Positions 23,501-29,656 of a stretch of 32,000 nt of DNA are shown piece after piece (the first letter of the stretch is position 1; every line of letters begins with the position of its first letter). A model generated the notes under the pieces. The model had not been told where the DNA came from, searched no databases, and saw only the letters and a program-made list of their open reading frames with translations. The translations under genes were made by a program, and so were the position numbers. This stretch comes from Candidatus Azotimanducaceae bacterium (GTDB taxonomy: Bacteria > Pseudomonadota > Gammaproteobacteria > Pseudomonadales > Azotimanducaceae): positions 5,640,694-5,672,693 of the forward strand of contig OZ245781.1 in NCBI GenBank assembly GCA_965227885.1, in the 5' to 3' direction.

Positions 23501-25272
23501 CCAGACGTCTCATCAAGCTTCCAGAACGCGAGCGGGGAACCTGCCGTGACTGCAGAGCCATAGCCTGCGTCATTCACAAACGGGTCGGTGTTTGCGAGAT
23601 ACTCGTCATAGTTGCTGACCCCGTCGCCATCAATGTCGCTGACCGCATCTGATGCATCGTTCGGATCCATCCCCATCGTGGTTTCCAGAGCATCGCTCAA
23701 CCCATCACCGTCGCTGTCAACGAAACCAGGGTCGGTGATGTTCACCGTCACCGTCGCGAAGTTGGAAGGTCCAGCGCCATCCGAAACCTGGTAGGTAAAC
23801 GAATCCACATAATCTGTAGAACCGGAAGGGCTGTAGGTGATGGTTTGGTCACCATTGATCGTGACAGTGCCATTGGTGGGCAAAGTGACGTTCGAGACCG
23901 TTAAGGTGTCGCCATTTATATCGCGGTCGTTGGCGATGACATCGATCGCAACGTCCTGTCCGATATGAGTTGCGGCCGTGTCTGAATAGGCGACAGGGGC
24001 TCCGTTGTGGCTGTCGGTGAGTGTGATGTTGTTAATGCGCCCTGCCGCGTCATAACTCCGCGTCTGAAAAGTACCGTTGCCATAGTTAAGGGCACTCAGC
24101 GCGCCACGCCCGTCAAACTGCGTGGCATCAACCAAATACTCCGTCACACTCGCGAGCGTATGGTCGACGGTCAGGACTCGTCCCAACGCATCGCGTGGGG
24201 TGTCCACTACCCTGCCGCTCGGGTAGGTGGTGCTGGTGACCTGATCCAACAAATCGTAGCTGTAACTCACCGTGTAGGTGGTCCCGGCGATCACCCGCGT
24301 GTCCTGGGTGGCGTTGCCCCGGTCATCAAACGTATAAATGGTTGAACCTGACGCGTCGGTGAAGCTACTGAGCCGTCCTAAGGCATTCGCGCCACTATCA
24401 TAGGTGTAGGTGATGTTTTCTGCCGGTCCGGCCGGGTACGCAATTGAGAGTAAACGGTTGAGCGCATCGTAAGAGTAATCAGCAACCACGCCCCGCGCGT
24501 CTGTTTGTTGCGTTAGATTTCCGGCTGCATCGTAAACGTAGGTGGTGGTACCTGCATCTGCACTCACTTCCTGGATAAGGTTGTCCAACCCGTCATAAAC
24601 GTAGGTTGTTACCACGCCCCTGGGGTCCGTGACGCTGGTCAGGTTACCCCGGGCGTCATAGGTCTGTTGTGTCACCCCGCTGGCAGCGTCGGTCGCGGAA
24701 GAAATCTGCTCAAGCGCGTCGAATGCCTGGGTTGAAGATCGCGACAGCGCATCCGTCGTCTCGTCCAAGTTGTCATTCAGGTCGTAATCGTACTGTGTGG
24801 TGTTGGTAAGTCCGTCGATCACAGACCGAAGTCGACTCAGCTCGTCAAAGGTCTGACTCTGGCTCTGAATGAGCGTCCCGCCAGGCCCCCTGGTGTCCGT
24901 TTGTGTAATATTACCGTCTGCATCCAACGTGTATTCCACACGACCATCCGCACTGTCCTGCATGGCTATCAGGCGTTGTGCGGCATCGTATTCGTAGGTG
25001 ACAAAGGCACCCGTGGGGAGGTCCATGCGGGTGATCAACCCCGCCGCGTTGTACGCGAATGCTGTCGTTACATCGCCCTGGCTCGATTTGACAGTGCGCG
25101 AGATCAGCCTGCCTCGTGCATCGTAGGAAAGCTCGGTGCGCAGATCGTTTACATCGTCAAGAACGGTGGGTAATCCGCGCGCGTCACGGCTGATCACTTC
25201 GGTGACGTGACCTAAGGCATTTGTGACTGTCGTCAGGTCCGGCTCTACCTCATTAACGGGGGACACCGGCAT
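20506..25272 (-). CDS. RHS/YD-repeat protein with cadherin-like, TSP3-like and two LamG domains, an RHS core and a Tlde1/DUF2778-like C-terminal toxin domain; 5'-truncated and IS-interrupted, with the apparent start inside the IS inverted repeat
   Basis: There are dozens of YD repeats (YxYDxxGNL/R). [16 protein letters not shown] is cadherin-like, and DSDGDGLSD...[13 protein letters not shown] and DKDNDGV...[13 protein letters not shown] are calcium-binding TSP3-like runs. Two LamG/ConA-like modules are present ([42 protein letters not shown]). The RHS core is [11 protein letters not shown]...[60 protein letters not shown], followed by a 150-aa CT. The first 10.7 codons ([11 protein letters not shown]) are encoded by the IS left inverted repeat. 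Confidence 0.9.
   Translation of the reverse strand: [1588 protein letters not shown]
25233..25240. repeat. Target-site duplication, left copy (TCAGGTCC)
   Basis: This 8-bp string directly abuts the IS left end. It is identical to 26553-26560, which abuts the right end. Confidence 0.85.
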
Positions 25273-26552
25273 TCATTAAACTGATTTTGCGAAGATCATT
25301 TAATGGAGATAACACCGATGTCCCACCTAGGTAGGATCATAGGCATAACTGACCTTGAGGTCGAACGGGTTGATCGTGAGAAAGGCATAGAGGTGTATGC
25401 GAAGCCGACGAAGCGACCGGCGTGCATACATTGTCATAGCAAACAGGTTGTGATCAAAGCGACGAACCAACGGACCTTGAAGCACACACGTCAAGGCAAC
25501 CAGGTCATGACGTTGCATCTGGCTGCTCCGAAGTATTACTGCGCCCGGTGTAATCGTTACTTTTGTCATCGTTTTAAAGGTGTTCGACCTCGATATCGTG
25601 CTTCTGAAGCGTTTCGATACGAAGTGTTTGAAGCACACGACGGCGGTGTGACACAACGCAAGGTGAGTCGCACCCACAAGATCAGTTCAAGCACCACAGA
25701 ACGTTGGTACCAGAGTCAGTGCGAACTCAGAAAGTCTGAGATGATGAATCAACCTTGTCCGAAAGTACTGGGCATCGATGAACACTTTTTCACGAAAAAG
25801 AAAGGCTTTGCCACGACCTTTGTGGATCTCAAAAATCACAAGGTCTTTGATGTGAAGTTAGGACGCTCGGAACCGAGTTTACGCAGCTATTTACGGGGTT
25901 TGCCGGGTAAAGAGGCGGTACAGGTCGTTGTGATGGATCTGTCTGAGACGTATCGATCTATTGTCAAAAGATACTTTCCTCAAGCCACGATCGTTGCGGA
26001 TCGGTTCCATGTCATTCGCCTGGTCAATCAACACTTTTTAAAGGTCTGGCAAGACCAGGATGCTGAGGGGAGAAAAAACCGAGGGTTACTGAGTCTTATG
26101 CGTCGACATGCCTGGCGTTTATCTGAAGAACAACAACAGAACTTAGAACGCTATCTGAGTGACTATCCAGTCCTCAAAGAGCTCTACGATGTGAAACAAA
26201 GACTGGTTCGCTACTTGTTGTTAAAAACGTTGAACCGAAAGACCGCTAAACGGCAATTGCCTGGCTTTCTCAGACTCATCGAACAGTTGAGTGCCAGCCC
26301 CCTTAAAAGGCTGGCACACACCCTTCAGTCCTGGCTGGAACCCATTGTCGCCATGTGGCGGTTTAGCAAGAGTAATGGCATCACAGAGGGCTTCCACAAC
26401 AAGATGGAGATGATGAGTAGACGAGCTTACGGCTTTAGGAATTTTGAGAATTATCGGTTGAGGGTGTTAACTCACTGCGGGTGGGATGGCATCATCAATC
26501 GTGTATAGGGAGTTTAACGAATGCCGGTATCCCCCGTTAATCGGGTAGAGCC
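25241..26552 (+). mobile_element. ISL3-family insertion sequence (1312 bp)
   Basis: 41-bp terminal inverted repeats at 25241-25281 (GGCTCTACCTCATTAACGGGGGACACCGGCATTCATTAAAC) and 26512-26552 match at 37/41 positions. They flank a single transposase ORF. The 8-bp direct repeats are as expected for ISL3. Confidence 0.9.
25303..26508 (+). CDS. ISL3-family transposase
   Basis: 401 aa with an N-terminal zinc-finger (CIHCHS...YYCARCNRYF), LGIDEHFF, VVMDLSETYRS, IVADRFHVIRL and ITEGFHNKMEMMSRRAYGFRNFENYRLRV. This is the typical DDE_Tnp_ISL3 motif set. Confidence 0.95.
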   Translation: MEITPMSHLGRIIGITDLEVERVDREKGIEVYAKPTKRPACIHCHSKQVVIKATNQRTLKHTRQGNQVMTLHLAAPKYYCARCNRYFCHRFKGVRPRYRASEAFRYEVFEAHDGGVTQRKVSRTHKISSSTTERWYQSQCELRKSEMMNQPCPKVLGIDEHFFTKKKGFATTFVDLKNHKVFDVKLGRSEPSLRSYLRGLPGKEAVQVVVMDLSETYRSIVKRYFPQATIVADRFHVIRLVNQHFLKVWQDQDAEGRKNRGLLSLMRRHAWRLSEEQQQNLERYLSDYPVLKELYDVKQRLVRYLLLKTLNRKTAKRQLPGFLRLIEQLSASPLKRLAHTLQSWLEPIVAMWRFSKSNGITEGFHNKMEMMSRRAYGFRNFENYRLRVLTHCGWDGIINRV

Positions 26553-26560
26553 TCAGGTCC
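26553..26560. repeat. Target-site duplication, right copy (TCAGGTCC)
   Basis: Identical to 25233-25240 and directly abutting the IS right inverted repeat. Confidence 0.85.
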
Positions 26561-26588
26561 CCATTGCTATCGTAGGCGACTAAAAATA
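26553..26588 (-). pseudogene. Displaced upstream remnant of the same RHS reading frame
   Basis: Removing the IS and one TSD copy joins ...ATA TTT TTA GTC GCC TAC GAT AGC AAT GGG GAC CTG ACG ACA GTC..., giving (I)[20 protein letters not shown]. This is a perfect YD repeat continuing the RHS frame. The frame has no start codon and runs straight into the tRNA. Confidence 0.6.
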
Positions 26589-26665
26589 TGGCGCGCCCGG
26601 TAGGACTCGAACCTACAACCCCCAGGTTCGAAGCCTGGTGCTCTATCCAGTTGAACTACGGGCGC
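26589..26665 (-). tRNA. tRNA-Arg (anticodon TCG)
   Basis: Minus-strand 77-mer GCGCCCGTAGTTCAACTGGATAGAGCACCAGGCTTCGAACCTGGGGGTTGTAGGTTCGAGTCCTACCGGGCGCGCCA. It has a 7-bp acceptor stem GCGCCCG/CGGGCGC, a D arm GTTC/GAGC and an anticodon stem CCAGG/CCTGG with loop CTTCGAA. The T arm is GTAGG-TTCGAGT-CCTAC, and CCA is encoded. Confidence 0.9.
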
Positions 26666-26724
26666 GTGGGCGACGAATGGTGCACTAACCCCGGGGCCAA
26701 TTCAACATGTGATAGGCGCTGCAG

Positions 26725-28260
26725 CTACACGTTTCGCGCTGAATGTGGTGCCCACTCATCCTTCCAGGGCTGCGCCTTTTCTAATTCATAGGCAAGCGCC
26801 AGCAGCAACGCATCTTGTCCCCTTGGGGCCATGAAGTGACTGCCAATGGGCAGCTTCTCCTGGCTGAATCCAAGTGGTACCGACATGGCCGCATACCCTG
26901 CAACATTCGCCAAGGGGGTGTAAGACACATACTCGAGCACTTCTGGATACATCACATCAAAATCTGCGATTGGCGATTGTTCCCCCGTTTTGGCCGCAGG
27001 GGTTTTCAACACCGGGGATAACAGCACATCGAAGTCGCCGAATATCGCCGGGTTGGCCGTTGCCTGGGTAAGCCACTGAATGGCATTAGGAACTGCCGCC
27101 TGACCTTTGGCGTCTGCAATAGCTGCCAGTCCCATGGTCCAGGGTTCAAGAAACTGTGCAGGATCGCGACCCTGGTCAACAAGCATATCGCGCGCCATCT
27201 GGGGTCCTTGCGTCCAGATCGCCATAAACTCATCCATCATTTGATGGCCATCGATCATAAATTTGTGTTCGGCTACTTCGTGGCCGAGACCGCGTAAGAG
27301 CTCAGCCGTGGCTTGAATGCTGGCTGCCACATCCGGATGCGGTGCTTCACCAAAGTGGTTATCGATGATAAGTCCGATCTTCAAACGCTCGGTCAGGGGT
27401 GCCTGCACGTACCCCGCCGCAGTGGGGCTTGGGTTTTCATAAAGCGACATCAGCAGCGCTGAATCTCGCACTGTGCGAGACAGCGACATCCGCACAGCAA
27501 TACCACCGGGCAGGCTGGGTGTCGAACCGCGCGGGCTGCCCATACTGGGTTTCAACCCGAAAACACCACAATTTGATGCAGGGATGCGGATACTGCCACC
27601 GCCATCAGAACCGCTGGCGACCGGTACCATACCCGCAGCAACAACTGCGCCCGCACCGCCACTGGAGCCGCCGGGACTGTGCTCAAGTGACCAAGGGTTT
27701 TTGCACGGACCATGCAGCACGGTTTCGGTAGAACCGATCAGACCGAATTCGGGCGTCGCCGTTTTGCCGAAGATGTTCATACCCGCCGCTCTGAGCGGCA
27801 CCACAGTCGGGTCGTCCTGGTCGGCGATAGTGCCTTGGAACATACGTGACCCGCGATCCATCGGGAGGCCAGCCACTTCCGCGAGATCCTTCACAAGATA
27901 AGGCACGCCATACAAAACGCCTTCGGGCTTACCGCCATTTGCAAGCGCTTCCGTCTGCTGCCTGGCCAGATCGCGCGCACCCTCAAAATCCGCAGCCACC
28001 ACAGCATTCAGGATCGGATCCAATCTCTCTATTCGCTCGATGGTTGCATCCAACACTTCCAGGGGCGAGATCTGACCGGCACGGATTAACTCCGCCTGGG
28101 CAACCGCGTCAAGGTCCAGTGGATCAATATTGCCCGGGGGTGATGCCGCTGCGGTAGCAGCCTCTGCCGTCTGCTCTGAAGGCTGGTTGCACCCAGGCAA
28201 CGCCAACGCACCCGCGCTCACCCCCATGCCTTGAATCAATCTGCGTCTGTTCGTCGTCAT
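26725..28260 (-). CDS. Amidase-signature family amidase with a Tat signal peptide (possible lipoprotein)
   Basis: The N-terminus MTTNRRRLIQGMGVSAGALALPGC has a twin-arginine motif and LPGC. The AS signature is GGSSGGAGAVVAAGMVPVASGSDGGGSIRIPAS. AGGAGG lies 8 nt before the ATG. Confidence 0.9.
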   Translation of the reverse strand: MTTNRRRLIQGMGVSAGALALPGCNQPSEQTAEAATAAASPPGNIDPLDLDAVAQAELIRAGQISPLEVLDATIERIERLDPILNAVVAADFEGARDLARQQTEALANGGKPEGVLYGVPYLVKDLAEVAGLPMDRGSRMFQGTIADQDDPTVVPLRAAGMNIFGKTATPEFGLIGSTETVLHGPCKNPWSLEHSPGGSSGGAGAVVAAGMVPVASGSDGGGSIRIPASNCGVFGLKPSMGSPRGSTPSLPGGIAVRMSLSRTVRDSALLMSLYENPSPTAAGYVQAPLTERLKIGLIIDNHFGEAPHPDVAASIQATAELLRGLGHEVAEHKFMIDGHQMMDEFMAIWTQGPQMARDMLVDQGRDPAQFLEPWTMGLAAIADAKGQAAVPNAIQWLTQATANPAIFGDFDVLLSPVLKTPAAKTGEQSPIADFDVMYPEVLEYVSYTPLANVAGYAAMSVPLGFSQEKLPIGSHFMAPRGQDALLLALAYELEKAQPWKDEWAPHSARNV

Positions 28261-28278
28261 GCTACCCCTCCTGATGTT

Positions 28279-28911
28279 CTACTCGTCCCGGCTCTCGATC
28301 ATAGCAGCCATCGCTTGCGCGTCGTCACTTGCGAGACCACCCAACCCATCAATCACACCTTGTCGATCTGCCTCGCTTCTGTTCTGGCTGACCTTCCACT
28401 TACCCGCCATTTCATCTATGGGTATCTCTATGCCCACCAGGCGCCGAACCAGGTTATCCGTGAACTCTTTCGGGGCATCCGCCACCGCCCAGGGTGCGTC
28501 AAAGCTGGCTTCCATCTGTGTGGTCAGGTCGTGCAATTGGGCAGCGATCCAGTCCGCCTCCTGGATCGCTCGCGGTATACCGCGCACATGTACCACCGCG
28601 TAGTTCCAGGTAGGCACCACTTTGCCGTGTACTTTTTTACTCGGGTACCAGGACGGTGAGACATATGCCTGCGTACCCTGGAAGACCACCAGCGCCTCTT
28701 TATCGTCTTCGAACTGCTGCCAAACAGGATTTGCCTGAGGCACATGGGCGCGCAATGTGGTCGCGCCATCATCATCTACATCCAGCACAAAGGGGATGTG
28801 ATTCGCTTCAAGGGAGGCGCCTTGGGTGACCAGGAGGCCGAGTGGATGCGCGCGAATCAACGCGTGCAGCACTTCGGGCCGGACTTCTTCAAACTGGGAT
28901 GGTGTGTACAT
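28279..28911 (-). CDS. PaiB-family FMN-binding putative negative transcriptional regulator
   Basis: Start trimmed to the ATG at 28911, because MYTPSQFEEVRPEVLHALIRAHPLGLLVT is the typical PaiB N-terminus (MYxPxxF...). The protein is 210 aa. KWKVSQNR is present near the C-terminus. Confidence 0.8.
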   Translation of the reverse strand: MYTPSQFEEVRPEVLHALIRAHPLGLLVTQGASLEANHIPFVLDVDDDGATTLRAHVPQANPVWQQFEDDKEALVVFQGTQAYVSPSWYPSKKVHGKVVPTWNYAVVHVRGIPRAIQEADWIAAQLHDLTTQMEASFDAPWAVADAPKEFTDNLVRRLVGIEIPIDEMAGKWKVSQNRSEADRQGVIDGLGGLASDDAQAMAAMIESRDE

Positions 28912-28992
28912 GATGAGCGCCACAGTAACGCAACACCCCCGCAACGCAACCTGGCACATTCCGAAATGCGGCCTATGCAAGTGCGATGATCG

Positions 28993-29634
28993 TCATTGGA
29001 CTGATGCGGCGTCGAGCCTAAGATTCATGGCTGAAATACGTGCGTCCAACATATGGGCCTGCACTTCAGGATCGCCGCCACGAGCAAATTCATCGCGGCT
29101 GAATGCTGCCTGGGCGACAATCAGTTCTTGTCCCTGCTTCGTCTGAACCAACACAGATTGGTGACCCGGGGTGTGGCCAGGTGTCGCTAGCAATTGAATG
29201 CCCTCAACAAGCTCTGCATCCCCATCCACCGCCACTATCTGGGCACCAGGAAAATCGAACCACGCCTCGATCGTGTATTGACCTGCACGTGCCACCAAGA
29301 GCTCCGCTTGTTGCACGAAAAAATGGGCACGCTTGAACAGGCTGTTGTTGCCACAATGGTCGAAGTGCAGATGGGAATTCACAACCAACGCCACATCGTC
29401 TGGCGTGACCCCGAATTCAGCGAGCGCATCAGCGATGGGGTTTATCTCCGGGGCAAAGGTTCGCTCGATGTACGTATGACCTGATCCCACGCCCGTATCA
29501 ACCAACACAACTTCTGTGTTCCCGAGGATGAGACACCCGTAAACCGGGATGCGCGCATCGGCGAAGCTCGGCGGGTTGTACTTACCCGCCAGGTTCACCT
29601 CTGCCAGCCGCAGCGGGTGTACTGTGTAGCCCAC
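28993..29634 (-). CDS. MBL-fold metallo-hydrolase, N-acyl-homoserine-lactonase-like
   Basis: SHLHFDHCGNN (the HxHxDH zinc motif) and ATPGHTPGH are present. The protein is 213 aa with a GTG start. Confidence 0.85.
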   Translation of the reverse strand: MGYTVHPLRLAEVNLAGKYNPPSFADARIPVYGCLILGNTEVVLVDTGVGSGHTYIERTFAPEINPIADALAEFGVTPDDVALVVNSHLHFDHCGNNSLFKRAHFFVQQAELLVARAGQYTIEAWFDFPGAQIVAVDGDAELVEGIQLLATPGHTPGHQSVLVQTKQGQELIVAQAAFSRDEFARGGDPEVQAHMLDARISAMNLRLDAASVQ

Positions 29635-29656
29635 TCGGTGTTCCCAGGAGGTGCGC

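Noticed and set aside
26588-26791. A 67-aa plus-strand ORF (MARPVGLEPTTPRFEAW...)
   Set aside because: Its first 78 nt are the reverse complement of the tRNA-Arg gene, and the remainder overlaps the end of the amidase gene. It is an artefact.
28912-28980. A 23-codon N-terminal extension of the PaiB-like ORF (MHRPHFGMCQVALRGCC...)
   Set aside because: The family-typical N-terminus MYTPSQF starts at the internal ATG at 28911. The extension is Cys/Arg-rich and looks non-coding.
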